A DNA stretch of 64,000 nucleotides from Vicinamibacterales bacterium (GTDB taxonomy: Bacteria; Acidobacteriota; Vicinamibacteria; Vicinamibacterales; UBA8438). Below, one piece after another: positions 28,015 to 38,100 of this stretch. Made by a program: the position numbers and the translations under genes. The notes under the pieces were generated by a model. That model saw only the letters and a list, made by a program, of their open reading frames with translations. It searched no databases and was not told the origin of the DNA. The stretch covers positions 3,328,524 through 3,392,523 of the forward strand of contig OY759970.1 in assembly GCA_963662965.1 (NCBI GenBank), written 5' to 3'. Each line of letters opens with the position of its first letter. Position 1 is the stretch's first letter.

Positions 28015-29420
28015 ACTCCTCCCGCACCGCCGACTCCGCACCGCCGGCCGACTCCCTGTCACTCACACGCCGTCTCGGACCGTTCGACGGCGCATCCATC
28101 ATCGTGTCGAATGTGATCGGGAGCGGTATCTTCCTGGTGCCGGCTTTGATTGCGGCATGGGTGCCGAACGCCTGGGCCATGCTTGGCGTCTGGCTCGTCG
28201 GCGGGGCGCTCGTCTTCGCCGGGGCGATGGCGTATGCGGAGTTGGCGGCACTGAGGCCACGCGCGGGGGGTGAGTATGTCTACCTCCGCGAGGCCTTTGG
28301 TCCGGCGGCCGGCTTTCTCACCGGGTGGACCTCGTTCGTCGCCGGATTCTCGGGCGCCATCGCGGTCAGTGCCGTCGGATTCGCGAGCTTTCTCGGCCGC
28401 GTGGTGCCCGCGGCGGCCGACCCTACGCCATTCGTCCACCTCCCGCTCGGCGTCGTCGCGGTGACCGTGTCGCCGCAAACGCTGGTCGCCCTCTCGGTGA
28501 TCGCCGTATTGACCGTGATTCACGTGGTGGGTCTCGGGCCGGGACGCGTGGCGCAGAATCTTCTCGCCGGCGCGAAGGTGGCTATCCTGGTCGCGTTCGT
28601 TCTTTTCGGGTTTGCCGTCGGCGACGGGTCGGTCGCGCATTTCAACGAGGCGAGCGGGCCGGTCGAGCCACAGCTCTGGCTTCTCGCCCTGATTCCGATC
28701 ATGTTCAGCTTTTCCGGGTGGAATGCCGCGGCCTATGTGGCCGAGGAGATCCGAGACCCGGGGCGAAACGTCCCGTTGGCGATGGGGCTCGGCACCGTGG
28801 CGGTGGTCGTGATCTTCCTGCTGCTGAACGTGCTGTACCTCTACGCCATGCCGATCGGCGACATCGCCAGTGTCGACGACAGGGTCATCGACGTGGCCGC
28901 CGGCCGTCTGTTTGGCCCCCAAGTGGCGGTGCCTCTTGCCGCCGCGTCGGCGGTGATGATCGCGGCAAGCATCAGCGCAATGGTGATGGCCGGGCCGCGT
29001 GTCTACTACGCGATGGCGCGCGACGGGCAGTTCTTCGGCATCGCCGCGCGCATCCATCCGCGGTTCCGAACGCCGGCGGTGGCCATCGCCGGCCAGAGTG
29101 CCTGGAGCGGCGTCCTGGTGTTGGCGGGCACGTTCGAGCAGTTGCTGCTCTATACCGGATTCGCCGTCGCGCTCTTCGCGGGTGTGGCGGTGGCGTCGTT
29201 GTTCGTCTTTCGGCGACGAGAGCCCGACGCCCCGCGTCCGTTTCGCGCGTGGGGATACCCCGTGGCGCCCGCCGTGTTCGTGGTGGCCAGCGCGGCGATG
29301 ACCATCAATGCGATCTGGCGCCAGCCGCTTGAGTCGGGTGCGGGCCTGCTGCTCATTGCGGCCGGGATTCCACTGTATTGGGTATTCAAGCGGCGCGCGG
29401 CGGCAGAGGAAGGGGCGTAG
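28011..29420 (+). CDS. APC-superfamily amino acid permease
   Basis: 469 aa. About 12 hydrophobic spans. N-terminal IVSNVIGSGIFLVP motif. Confidence 0.85.
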   Translation: MNSSRTADSAPPADSLSLTRRLGPFDGASIIVSNVIGSGIFLVPALIAAWVPNAWAMLGVWLVGGALVFAGAMAYAELAALRPRAGGEYVYLREAFGPAAGFLTGWTSFVAGFSGAIAVSAVGFASFLGRVVPAAADPTPFVHLPLGVVAVTVSPQTLVALSVIAVLTVIHVVGLGPGRVAQNLLAGAKVAILVAFVLFGFAVGDGSVAHFNEASGPVEPQLWLLALIPIMFSFSGWNAAAYVAEEIRDPGRNVPLAMGLGTVAVVVIFLLLNVLYLYAMPIGDIASVDDRVIDVAAGRLFGPQVAVPLAAASAVMIAASISAMVMAGPRVYYAMARDGQFFGIAARIHPRFRTPAVAIAGQSAWSGVLVLAGTFEQLLLYTGFAVALFAGVAVASLFVFRRREPDAPRPFRAWGYPVAPAVFVVASAAMTINAIWRQPLESGAGLLLIAAGIPLYWVFKRRAAAEEGA

Positions 29421-29426
29421 TGCTCT

Positions 29427-29975
29427 ATGAAAACACCGACAGCATCGACGTTCCACAGCACGACCGTCCTGGCGGTGCGGCGTCAGGGGAAAGCGGTGAT
29501 GGCGAGTGACGGCCAGGTCACGCTTGGCAACACCGTCGTCAAGCAGACCGCGCGCAAGATCCGACGACTGTACAACGACAACATCCTGGCCGGCTTCGCC
29601 GGCTCGGCGGCCGATTCGTTCGCCTTGTTCTCTCGGTTCGAAGCGAAGCTCGAGCAGTATCGCGGCAACCTCGAACGCTCGGTCGTGGAGCTGGCCAAGG
29701 ATTGGCGCACCGACCGCGTGCTGCGCCGCCTCGATGCCATGCTTTTGGTCGCCGATCAGAGTGCGACGTTTCTGTTGTCAGGCACCGGGGATCTCATCGA
29801 ACCGGACGACGGGATCGTCGCTGTCGGCTCCGGTGGGGTTTTTGCGATGGCGGCCGCCAAGGCGCTGGCCCACCGGACGGAGCTCGATGCGCGGACGATT
29901 GCCGAGGAAGCGATGACGATCGCCGCGGATATTTGCATTTACACGAACGCCAGTGTCACGATCGAAGAGCTGTAG
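29427..29975 (+). CDS. hslV: ATP-dependent protease subunit HslV
   Basis: [10 protein letters not shown]..., GSAADS and GSGG motifs. 182 aa. Confidence 0.95.
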   Translation: MKTPTASTFHSTTVLAVRRQGKAVMASDGQVTLGNTVVKQTARKIRRLYNDNILAGFAGSAADSFALFSRFEAKLEQYRGNLERSVVELAKDWRTDRVLRRLDAMLLVADQSATFLLSGTGDLIEPDDGIVAVGSGGVFAMAAAKALAHRTELDARTIAEEAMTIAADICIYTNASVTIEEL

Positions 29976-31372
29976 TGCCGATCTACCTTCCCGAGTCGAC
30001 CGCCACGATCGCTGAAGCGCTCACGCCGCGGCAGATCGTGGCCGAGCTCGACAAGTACGTCGTTCGCCAGCACAAGGCCAAGCGCGCCGTGGCGATCGCC
30101 CTTCGCAACCGGATGCGGCGACAGAAACTGCCTCCCGAGCTGGCGGAAGAGGTCGCGCCCAAGAACATCTTGATGATTGGGCCGACCGGTGTCGGCAAGA
30201 CGGAGGTGGCCAGACGCCTCGCGCGGCTGGCGCAGTCGCCGTTCATTAAAGTCGAGGCCTCGAAATTCACCGAAGTGGGCTATGTCGGCCGCGACGTGGA
30301 ATCAATGGTGCGCGACTTGGTCGAGCTGTCGGTGGGCATGGTTCGTGAGGAACGGCTCGTCGAGGTGCGGGACAAAGCGCGTTCCAACGCGGAAGAGCGC
30401 CTCCTCGATTTATTGCTTCCTCCGCTGCCGCTGCCGCTGCCGCCGCCGGCGACCGGGGCCCCGGCCGATCCACCGGCCGCGCGCGACGCGGCGGGCCGCA
30501 CGCGCGAGAAGTTCCGTGAGCAGCTCCGCGATGGTCGGCTCGACAACCGGGTGGTCGAGATCGACGCGCGCGAGTCGTCGATGCCGTCGTTCGAGATCAT
30601 TGCGGGGACGTCGGTCGAGGAGATCGACGTCAAGATGAAGGACATGCTGCCGGGGTTGTTCCAGGGTCGCAGCCGCAAGCGACGCCTGCCGGTGCCTGAA
30701 GCGTTCGAGCATCTGACCCGCGAGGAGGAGCACAAGCTCGTCGATATGGACAGCGTCAGCCGCGCCGCCATCGAGCGTGTGGAACAGGCCGGCATCATCT
30801 TCGTCGATGAGATCGACAAGATCGCCGCGCGGGAGGGCGCGCAGGGGCCCGACGTCAGCCGCGAAGGCGTGCAGCGTGACATCCTGCCGATCGTGGAGGG
30901 AACGACGGTCAACACGAAACATGGGATGGTGCGCACCGACCACATCTTGTTTATCGCGGCCGGCGCGTTTCACGTCTGCAAACCGTCCGATCTCATTCCG
31001 GAGCTCCAAGGCAGGTTCCCGATTCGCGTCGAGCTCGAGGCGCTCGAGACCGAGGACTTCGTGCGGATATTGACCGAGCCGAAAGGGGCGCTCGTGACGC
31101 AGTATCGCGCCCTGATGGCGACCGAAGGCCTCGACATCGTCTTCGAAGACGACGCGATTCGGCGGATTGCCGAGTTCGCCAACTTGGTCAATGAGCGGAG
31201 TGAAAACATCGGCGCGCGTCGGTTGCACACCGTCATGGAGAAACTGCTCGATGACGTCTCGTTCGAAGCGCCGGACATGAGCGAGTCGCGCGTGGTCATC
31301 GATGCCGCGTACGTCGACCGCATGCTCTCCGAGATCGTGAAGAACGAGGATCTCTCCCGTTACATTCTGTGA
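29975..31372 (+). CDS. hslU: ATP-dependent protease ATPase subunit HslU
   Basis: [31 protein letters not shown], Walker [22 protein letters not shown] 29975 overlaps the hslV TAG. The ORF-track start at 29702 is an out-of-gene extension. Confidence 0.95.
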   Translation: MPIYLPESTATIAEALTPRQIVAELDKYVVRQHKAKRAVAIALRNRMRRQKLPPELAEEVAPKNILMIGPTGVGKTEVARRLARLAQSPFIKVEASKFTEVGYVGRDVESMVRDLVELSVGMVREERLVEVRDKARSNAEERLLDLLLPPLPLPLPPPATGAPADPPAARDAAGRTREKFREQLRDGRLDNRVVEIDARESSMPSFEIIAGTSVEEIDVKMKDMLPGLFQGRSRKRRLPVPEAFEHLTREEEHKLVDMDSVSRAAIERVEQAGIIFVDEIDKIAAREGAQGPDVSREGVQRDILPIVEGTTVNTKHGMVRTDHILFIAAGAFHVCKPSDLIPELQGRFPIRVELEALETEDFVRILTEPKGALVTQYRALMATEGLDIVFEDDAIRRIAEFANLVNERSENIGARRLHTVMEKLLDDVSFEAPDMSESRVVIDAAYVDRMLSEIVKNEDLSRYIL

Positions 31373-31382
31373 CCCGCACTCG

Positions 31383-31572
31383 CTAGTGGCCTGTCCAAGC
31401 CAAAGCGACAGCGCTCCGCGGGCGGGGCATCCCGCAAGGGCTGGCGTTATGACCTCGCCTGGTGGGGTCACAAATGCCCAATTTGCTCCCTCGTCGCACC
31501 TTGCGGGGGCCGGGCGCGTCTGTCGATCAGCGACCACGGACTGCTGTCGATTTGGTTCGGACAGGCCACTGG
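31383..31572 (-). repeat. family A element, copy A2
   Basis: Same termini and interior blocks as A1. Over the 31-nt arms there are 26 Watson-Crick pairs plus 3 G-T pairs. Confidence 0.9.
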
Positions 31573-31583
31573 TTCGGTTCGCC

Positions 31584-32906
31584 GTGCTGATGCTGCTCGT
31601 GGCCGCAACGGCGGCATGTGGCGTGAAGGGACCGCCACGCCCCCCGGTGCGGATCGTCCCCGCGCGGATCCTGGCTCCCGAGTTCGTGCGCATGGGCGAC
31701 CGTGTCTATCTGGAGTTCGCAGTTCCCGCCGCGGATACGGATGGGTCGAGCCCCGCCGACATCGAGCGGGTCGAAGTGTATGCCGTCACGACGCAGCCGA
31801 CCGAGCGACGTCCGACGGAGGCGTTTTCCGAAGATTGGTTGGAGGCGGCGACGCTGGTCGCGACGCTGCCCGTGCGGCCGCCAGGGATGGAGGTGCCGCG
31901 CCGTCCGTCCGACGAGGACGAGACTGACGCTGATGCCGATTCTGAGCGCGACGAAGGAGACGACGCGATCGACGACGGATTCGTGGGCCAGGGGGACCTG
32001 GTCACGGTTGTCGAGCGACTGACTCCCGAGACCCTGGTGCCGGTCAAGGTCGGTGACGAGGACGAGGAAGACGAGGAGGAGGAGGATCGGGACGACGACG
32101 AGCCCGACCGAGTCATCCCGATGCCCTACCTCCCGCCGCCGTTGCCGATGCCGTCGGTCCGCTCCTACGTGGCGTTCGGGGTGTCGTCGCGTGGGCGAGA
32201 CGGTGATCCATCCGTGATGGTCGCCGTGCCCCTCGTGACGCCGCCGGATCCACCCGCGCCGGCCACCGCGTCGTATGACGGTGAGCTGGTGGAAATCGCG
32301 TGGGAGGAGCCGGTTGGTGGCATACGTCAGCCGGTGCAGGACGATGAGCCGTCGGAAGACGGGCTCGCGTCGAGTCCGATTCTCGAAGGGCTCGAAGCGT
32401 CGGCATACGTGTTGTTCGATGTGGCGGCCGCTGATGACCCCGATCGGGACCGGCCACCGACCGTCACGAATCCGCGGGATGAGACGTCGTACACCGACAC
32501 CGACGTTGAGTTCGGCGACACCAAGTGCTACGCGGTACGCGTGCTCGACTTCGTGGGCGCGGCTGAGATTATGGGTGATGCCTCGCCGGCGACGTGCCTG
32601 GTCCTGACTGACACCTTTGTCCCGGCTGCGCCACGTGGGCTCCTGGCCGTGTCCGATGACGAGTCGATCAATCTGGTGTGGGACGACAATAGCGAGGACG
32701 ACATCGCCGGCTACGTGGTCTTGCGCGGATTGGCATCAGATGCGACACTCCAACCGCTCACGCTCGAGCCGGTTGTAGACCCGACGTATCGAGACAGCGA
32801 TGTCGTCGCCGGGGAGCGGTATAGCTATCAGGTCATGGCGGTCGACGACGCGGTGCCGCCCAACGAGAGCCCGCCGTCGGCCGCGATTACGGAGACCGCA
32901 CGGTAG
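31584..32906 (+). CDS. lipoprotein with acidic tracts and a C-terminal fibronectin type III-like domain
   Basis: LLVAATAACGVKGPPRPP lipobox, D/E-rich runs, and a C-terminal FN3-like pattern (LVWDDNSEDDIAGYVVLRG...YSYQVMAVD). The start is uncertain (GTG 31584 or ATG 31590). Upstream of it the ORF runs through repeat A2. Confidence 0.6.
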   Translation: MLMLLVAATAACGVKGPPRPPVRIVPARILAPEFVRMGDRVYLEFAVPAADTDGSSPADIERVEVYAVTTQPTERRPTEAFSEDWLEAATLVATLPVRPPGMEVPRRPSDEDETDADADSERDEGDDAIDDGFVGQGDLVTVVERLTPETLVPVKVGDEDEEDEEEEDRDDDEPDRVIPMPYLPPPLPMPSVRSYVAFGVSSRGRDGDPSVMVAVPLVTPPDPPAPATASYDGELVEIAWEEPVGGIRQPVQDDEPSEDGLASSPILEGLEASAYVLFDVAAADDPDRDRPPTVTNPRDETSYTDTDVEFGDTKCYAVRVLDFVGAAEIMGDASPATCLVLTDTFVPAAPRGLLAVSDDESINLVWDDNSEDDIAGYVVLRGLASDATLQPLTLEPVVDPTYRDSDVVAGERYSYQVMAVDDAVPPNESPPSAAITETAR

Positions 32907-32938
32907 GGGCGCCTCGGCGCGAGGAGTACGGAATCACG

Positions 32939-33703
32939 ATGGACCGGTTGTACCGCGTGGAGATCGACGGTCGGCCGTGTCATGCGATCGAGCGCGACAC
33001 TGCGTGGTACGAGCTCGCGGGCGACCTGTTCGGCGCCTACGAGGCGGGACCCACGCTCGACCGCGCGGCAGCCCGGGTACTGGCGCCGGTCATGCCGTCG
33101 AAGATTGTCGCCGTCGGCTTGAACTATCGGGACCACGCGAAGGAAATGGGGAAAGCGCTTCCGAGCGAGCCACTGATCTTCCTCAAGCCGTCGACCGCGG
33201 TCGTCGGTCCTGACGAGCCGATCGTGATCCCGGCCGGCGCCGGCCGCGTCGACCATGAAGCGGAGCTCGGCATCGTCATCGGACGGACCGCCCGGCACGT
33301 GCCGGCGGCCCACGCGCGCGACTACGTGCTCGGACTGACATGTGTGAACGATGTCACCGACCGCGATCTGCAAGCCCGCGATGTGCAGTACACGCGAGGG
33401 AAGGGCTTCGATACGTTTGCGCCGGTCGGGCCGGCGATTGCCGTCGGCCTTGACGGCTCGGCGCTCGACGTGGAGTCGTCGGTCAACGGCGAGCGGCGGC
33501 AACGTTCCAATACGCGGGAGCTGATCTTTTCCCTCGATCGGCTGGTCGAATTCGTGACCGGCGTGATGACGTTGTTGCCGGGCGACATCATCGCCACGGG
33601 GACGCCGTCAGGTGTGGGACCACTGGTCGCGGGCGACCGAGTGGTCGTAAAGATCGAAGGTATCGGCGAGCTGGCCAACGATGTCGTCGCCGATGAAAGA
33701 TGA
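32939..33703 (+). CDS. fumarylacetoacetate hydrolase (FAH) family protein
   Basis: GLNYRDHAKE, HEAELGIVIG, GTPSGVG motifs. Confidence 0.85.
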   Translation: MDRLYRVEIDGRPCHAIERDTAWYELAGDLFGAYEAGPTLDRAAARVLAPVMPSKIVAVGLNYRDHAKEMGKALPSEPLIFLKPSTAVVGPDEPIVIPAGAGRVDHEAELGIVIGRTARHVPAAHARDYVLGLTCVNDVTDRDLQARDVQYTRGKGFDTFAPVGPAIAVGLDGSALDVESSVNGERRQRSNTRELIFSLDRLVEFVTGVMTLLPGDIIATGTPSGVGPLVAGDRVVVKIEGIGELANDVVADER

Positions 33704-33715
33704 AGGGAAAGTACC

Positions 33716-34369
33716 GTGAAGCTATTCGTGGACTGCGCCAACGTCGAGACGATCGAAGGCCTCGTCCCGCTCCGGATCGTCGATGGGATCACGACGAATC
33801 CGTCGTTGCTGGCGAAGGAGGCTGGCGATCCGGCGGACACCTTGCGGCGCATCTGCGACGCGGTGAACGGGCCGGTGAGCGCCGAAGTGGTGGCGACCGT
33901 CGCCAATGCCATGATCGGCGAGGGGCGGCAACTGGCCGCCCTCCACGAGCACATCGTCGTCAAGGTGCCGTTCGGGAAGGAAGGCGTCAAAGCCTGCGCG
34001 GCGCTCGCGGGCGAGGGGATACGCGTCAATGTGACGTTGGTGTTCTCGGCGTCGCAGGCGCTGCTGGCGGCCAAGGTTGGCGCGACGTTCGTCAGTCCGT
34101 TTGTCGGTCGACTCGATGACATCGCGACCGAGGGGATGGGGTTGATCGGCCAAATCGTGGAGATCTACGAAAACTACGAGTTCGCGACCGAAGTGCTCGT
34201 CGCCAGCGTGCGCGGGCCAGGGCATGTCGTCGAGGCGGCTCGCATGGGCGCCGATATCTGCACCTGCCCGCCCAAGGTCATCGACATGTTGTTCAATCAT
34301 CCGCTGACCGACATCGGCCTCCAGAAGTTTCTCGCCGATTGGGAGAAGGCACAGGTGCTCAAGGCGTAG
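33716..34369 (+). CDS. transaldolase / fructose-6-phosphate aldolase (short type 3B)
   Basis: MKLFVD..., [21 protein letters not shown]. 217 aa. Confidence 0.9.
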   Translation: MKLFVDCANVETIEGLVPLRIVDGITTNPSLLAKEAGDPADTLRRICDAVNGPVSAEVVATVANAMIGEGRQLAALHEHIVVKVPFGKEGVKACAALAGEGIRVNVTLVFSASQALLAAKVGATFVSPFVGRLDDIATEGMGLIGQIVEIYENYEFATEVLVASVRGPGHVVEAARMGADICTCPPKVIDMLFNHPLTDIGLQKFLADWEKAQVLKA

Positions 34370-34388
34370 CTGCCGCGGGCGCCACGAC

Positions 34389-35930
34389 ATGGATAAGCAG
34401 TCGATTCTGTCGGACTACGAACGGCGTGCGGAGCTCGGCGGCGGGGAGGTGAGACGCCAGCGCCAGCATGACGCCGGCAAGCTGACGGCGCGTGAACGGG
34501 TCGACCTCTTTTTCGATCCCGCGACGTTTCTGGAGATCGACAAGCTGGTGACACATCGCTGCCGGGACTTCGGCATGGAATCCCAGCAGGTCCCGGGCGA
34601 CGGTGTCGTCGCGGGGCACGGGCAGGTCGACGGACGCTTGGTCTACGTTTTCGCGCAGGACTTCACGGTCTTTGGTGGCTCGTTGTCGGAAACGAACGCC
34701 GCCAAGATCGTCAAGATCATGGATCTGGCGATGAAGAACGGCGCGCCGATCGTGGGGCTCAACGACTCTGGTGGCGCACGCATTCAGGAAGGTGTGGCGT
34801 CGCTGGCGGGCTACGCCGACATCTTCCTCCGCAATACGCTGGCGTCTGGTGTCGTGCCGCAGATCTCGGCCATCATGGGACCGTGCGCCGGCGGCGCCGT
34901 CTATTCGCCCGCCATCACCGACTTCACGCTGATGGTCGAGCGCACGAGCTACATGTTCGTGACCGGTCCCGACGTCATCAAGACGGTCACCCACGAGGAG
35001 GTGACGAAAGACGAGCTTGGTGGTGCGATGACCCACAACGCCAAGAGCGGGGTCGCACACTTCTCGGTGCCGTCAGACAAGGATTGCCTCGCGCTGCTCC
35101 GGCAACTGCTGGGGTACTTGCCGAGCAACAACCTCGATGACGCGCCGCGTGTGGAGACGGGCGACCCGGTCGACCGCGAGGATGTGGCGCTCGACGATCT
35201 CGTGCCGTCCGCAGCCAATCAGCCGTACGACATCCTCGACCTGATTCACGCAGTGGGGGACGAAGGCGAGTTTCTTGAGGTCCATCGGCATTTCGCACGG
35301 AACCTGGTGGTGGGCTTCGCGCGGTTTGGTGGGCAGTCGGTCGGTGTCGTCGCGAATCAACCTGCGCACCTGGCCGGGGTGCTCGACATCGACGCCGCGG
35401 TCAAGGGGGCGCGGTTCGTCCGATTCTGCGACGCGTTCAATATCCCGCTGCTGACGTTTGAGGACGTTCCCGGCTTCCTGCCGGGCACGCAGCAGGAGTA
35501 CGGCGGCATCATCCGCCACGGCGCGAAGCTGCTGTATGCGTTCGCCGAAGCGACGGTGCCAAAGATCACCGTCGTGACGCGCAAAGCCTACGGCGGGGCG
35601 TACTGCGTCATGTCGAGCAAGCACATTCGCACCGACATCAACTACGCCTGGCCGTCGGCCGAGATCGCCGTGATGGGGCCGGAAGGCGCCGTCAATATCC
35701 TGTACAAGCGGGAGCTCAACGCGGCCGAGGACCCGGACGCGCTGCGGGCTACCCGCGTCGCGGAGTTTCGCGACAAGCTGGCGAATCCGTTTGTCGCCGC
35801 GGCTCGGGGATTTCTCGACGAGGTCATCGCGCCGCGGACCACCCGATCGCGAATCATCACCGCATTGCGCAGTCTCGACGGGAAGCGAGACAAGAACCCG
35901 CCCAAGAAGCACGGGAATATTCCGCTCTAG
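34389..35930 (+). CDS. acyl-CoA carboxylase carboxyltransferase subunit (PccB / methylmalonyl-CoA carboxyltransferase-like)
   Basis: 513 aa. Motifs [36 protein letters not shown]...E..GII.HGAK. Confidence 0.92.
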   Translation: MDKQSILSDYERRAELGGGEVRRQRQHDAGKLTARERVDLFFDPATFLEIDKLVTHRCRDFGMESQQVPGDGVVAGHGQVDGRLVYVFAQDFTVFGGSLSETNAAKIVKIMDLAMKNGAPIVGLNDSGGARIQEGVASLAGYADIFLRNTLASGVVPQISAIMGPCAGGAVYSPAITDFTLMVERTSYMFVTGPDVIKTVTHEEVTKDELGGAMTHNAKSGVAHFSVPSDKDCLALLRQLLGYLPSNNLDDAPRVETGDPVDREDVALDDLVPSAANQPYDILDLIHAVGDEGEFLEVHRHFARNLVVGFARFGGQSVGVVANQPAHLAGVLDIDAAVKGARFVRFCDAFNIPLLTFEDVPGFLPGTQQEYGGIIRHGAKLLYAFAEATVPKITVVTRKAYGGAYCVMSSKHIRTDINYAWPSAEIAVMGPEGAVNILYKRELNAAEDPDALRATRVAEFRDKLANPFVAAARGFLDEVIAPRTTRSRIITALRSLDGKRDKNPPKKHGNIPL

Positions 35931-35964
35931 ATCACGTTAAGTGCTACACTCGTAGGTAGATAGC

Positions 35965-37494
35965 GTGAAAGTTCTTATCGCCAATCGAGGCGAGATCGCC
36001 GTCCGGATCATGCGTGCGTGTCACGAGCACGGGCTCGCCACGGTGGCGGTGTACGCCGACTGTGACCGACAGGCCCCCCATGTCCGCTATGCGGACCAGG
36101 CGGTGGCCCTTGAGGCCAACGAGCCGGCGAGCAGCTATCTCGCCGTCGAGAAGATCATCGCGGCGGCGCGGCAGACCGATGCCGACGCCGTCCATCCGGG
36201 TTACGGATTCTTGGCCGAGAACGGGACGTTCGCGCGTGCCGTGACCGACGCGGGGCTCACGTTCATCGGGCCGCCGGCCGACGTCATCGACCTTATGGGG
36301 AGGAAGACCGCGGCGCGTGCGGCCGCCGCGCAAGCCGAGTTCCCGACCATTCCCGGCACCGACGAGGCCCTGCCGGATGAGGCGAGCGACGCCGAGCTCC
36401 ACCGAGCGGGCGACGAGGTCGGATATCCGCTCTTCGTGAAGGCGGTGGCCGGCGGCGGTGGAAAGGGGATGCGGTTGGTTCGCGATCCTGACGTGTTGCG
36501 ACGCGCCATCGAGGGAGCTCGCTCAGAGGCGGCGTCGGCGTTCGGCAACGGCGCGGTGTATCTCGAGCGGTGCATCGAGCGTGGGCGCCACATCGAGGTG
36601 CAGCTGCTGGCGGACACCTACGGCACCGTCGTGCCGTTCGTCGAGCGCGAGTGCTCGGTGCAGCGACGTCATCAAAAGGTCATCGAGGAGACCCCGTCCC
36701 CGGTGATCAACGACCAGACGCGCCGGGCGCTCGCGGAGGCGGCGGCGCGGTTGGCCAAGGCGGTCGGGTACACGAACGCCGGGACGATCGAATGTCTGTA
36801 TGACGACACGTCCGAGGAGTTCTACTTCCTTGAGATGAATACCCGACTGCAGGTCGAGCATCCGGTCACCGAAATGGTGACCGGTATCGATCTCGTGCGC
36901 TGGCAGCTCCGCATCGCGCAGGGGGAGCGTCTCGACGTCGACCCTGCGCGAGCTCTCACCCCGGACGGGCATGCGATCGAGTGCCGCATCTACGCAGAGG
37001 ATCCGAACGCCGGGTTCATGCCGTGCCCTGGGCTTCTCGAGACGCATCGCACGCCAGCGGGACCCGGGATCAGAGTCGACGCCGGGGTAGCGGCCGGGTT
37101 CGAAGTGCCGGTGTTCTACGACTCGATGGTATCGAAAGTGATCGCGCACGCCGCCGACCGCCGGCAGGCGATCGAGCGGATGGCGCGTGCGCTCGCCGAA
37201 TACGACATCCACGGTGTTCAGACGACGATTCCGCTGTTCCGGTGGCTCTTGACCGACGCCGACTTCGTCGCCGGGAGGTTCGATACGACATATCTCGACC
37301 GCGCGCTGGCGGCCCGCGACGGCGCGCCGTTCGTGCAGCTGTCCGAAGAAGATGACGTCGTCGTCGAGGAGCTCGCGGTGCTCGCGGCCGCCGTGTCGGT
37401 GGCGCTCGACGGCGCCGGGTCCGCCGGGCGACGGTCGGCCGATGCTGACGCGAGCCGCTGGCGCCGGGCGGCGCGGATGGAGGGATTGCGGTAG
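35965..37494 (+). CDS. biotin carboxylase subunit of acetyl/propionyl-CoA carboxylase
   Basis: MKVLIANRGEIAVRI, ATP-grasp GGGGKGM, EMNTRLQVEHPVTE. No BCCP domain in this ORF. Confidence 0.93.
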   Translation: MKVLIANRGEIAVRIMRACHEHGLATVAVYADCDRQAPHVRYADQAVALEANEPASSYLAVEKIIAAARQTDADAVHPGYGFLAENGTFARAVTDAGLTFIGPPADVIDLMGRKTAARAAAAQAEFPTIPGTDEALPDEASDAELHRAGDEVGYPLFVKAVAGGGGKGMRLVRDPDVLRRAIEGARSEAASAFGNGAVYLERCIERGRHIEVQLLADTYGTVVPFVERECSVQRRHQKVIEETPSPVINDQTRRALAEAAARLAKAVGYTNAGTIECLYDDTSEEFYFLEMNTRLQVEHPVTEMVTGIDLVRWQLRIAQGERLDVDPARALTPDGHAIECRIYAEDPNAGFMPCPGLLETHRTPAGPGIRVDAGVAAGFEVPVFYDSMVSKVIAHAADRRQAIERMARALAEYDIHGVQTTIPLFRWLLTDADFVAGRFDTTYLDRALAARDGAPFVQLSEEDDVVVEELAVLAAAVSVALDGAGSAGRRSADADASRWRRAARMEGLR

Positions 37495-37556
37495 GGCGCG
37501 CACGGCGGCGCCCCCGCGAGTGCCGGCGACGAGGTTCGGGGCGGTAAGCCCCGTCT
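37494..37556 (+). repeat. family B truncated Y module (B4)
   Basis: GGGCGCGCACGGCGGCGCCC...CGCGAGTGCCGGCG...GGGGCGGTAAGCCCCGTCT. Confidence 0.75.
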
Positions 37557-37561
37557 GGGTA

Positions 37562-38095
37562 ATGATGCGGATCGAGATCGAGGTCGACGGGACGATGCAC
37601 GACGTCACAATCGATGCGATGACCAGCGCGCCGGGGCGCTTCCTCGTCTCCTGGGGCGGGACGACGCATGAAGTCGATGCACGCGTGGTCGAGCGCGATC
37701 GGCACGGGATGCTGCTGTCGCTCGTTCGGATGGGCGGCGATGCTACGAGTCGACAAGTCCGTTGCAGCGCGGTCGAGCGCGGGACGATGACGGTGAGGGC
37801 CGCCGGGGTCGATCACCGCGTCGTGATCAACGGGAGTCGTAGGCGGGTCGACCTCCCAGAGGCCGGCGATGGGGGCGGAGGTGTGTCCCGGTTGAAGGCG
37901 CCGATGCCAGGCAAGGTGGTCCGTGTCCTGGTCGCGCCGGGGGACGATGTCGACGCACGACAGCTGCTGGTCGTGGTCGAAGCGATGAAGATGGAGAACG
38001 AGCTGACCGCGGCACGTGCCGGTACCGTGACCGAGGTGCCGGTCAGCGAGGGGGACTCGGTCGAGTCGGGCCGGCTCCTCGTGGTGATCGAGTAG
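37562..38095 (+). CDS. biotin carboxyl carrier (biotinyl/lipoyl domain) protein
   Basis: C-terminal APMPGKVV...EAMKMENE biotinylation motif. ATG 37562 is the first ATG after repeat B4. Confidence 0.8.
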   Translation: MMRIEIEVDGTMHDVTIDAMTSAPGRFLVSWGGTTHEVDARVVERDRHGMLLSLVRMGGDATSRQVRCSAVERGTMTVRAAGVDHRVVINGSRRRVDLPEAGDGGGGVSRLKAPMPGKVVRVLVAPGDDVDARQLLVVVEAMKMENELTAARAGTVTEVPVSEGDSVESGRLLVVIE

Positions 38096-38100
38096 CACCG

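Noticed and set aside
28059-29456. 465-aa minus-strand ORF opposite the APC permease
   Set aside because: Shadow ORF with an extreme Arg/His/Asp/Gly composition. The plus-strand frame gives a coherent 12-TM permease.
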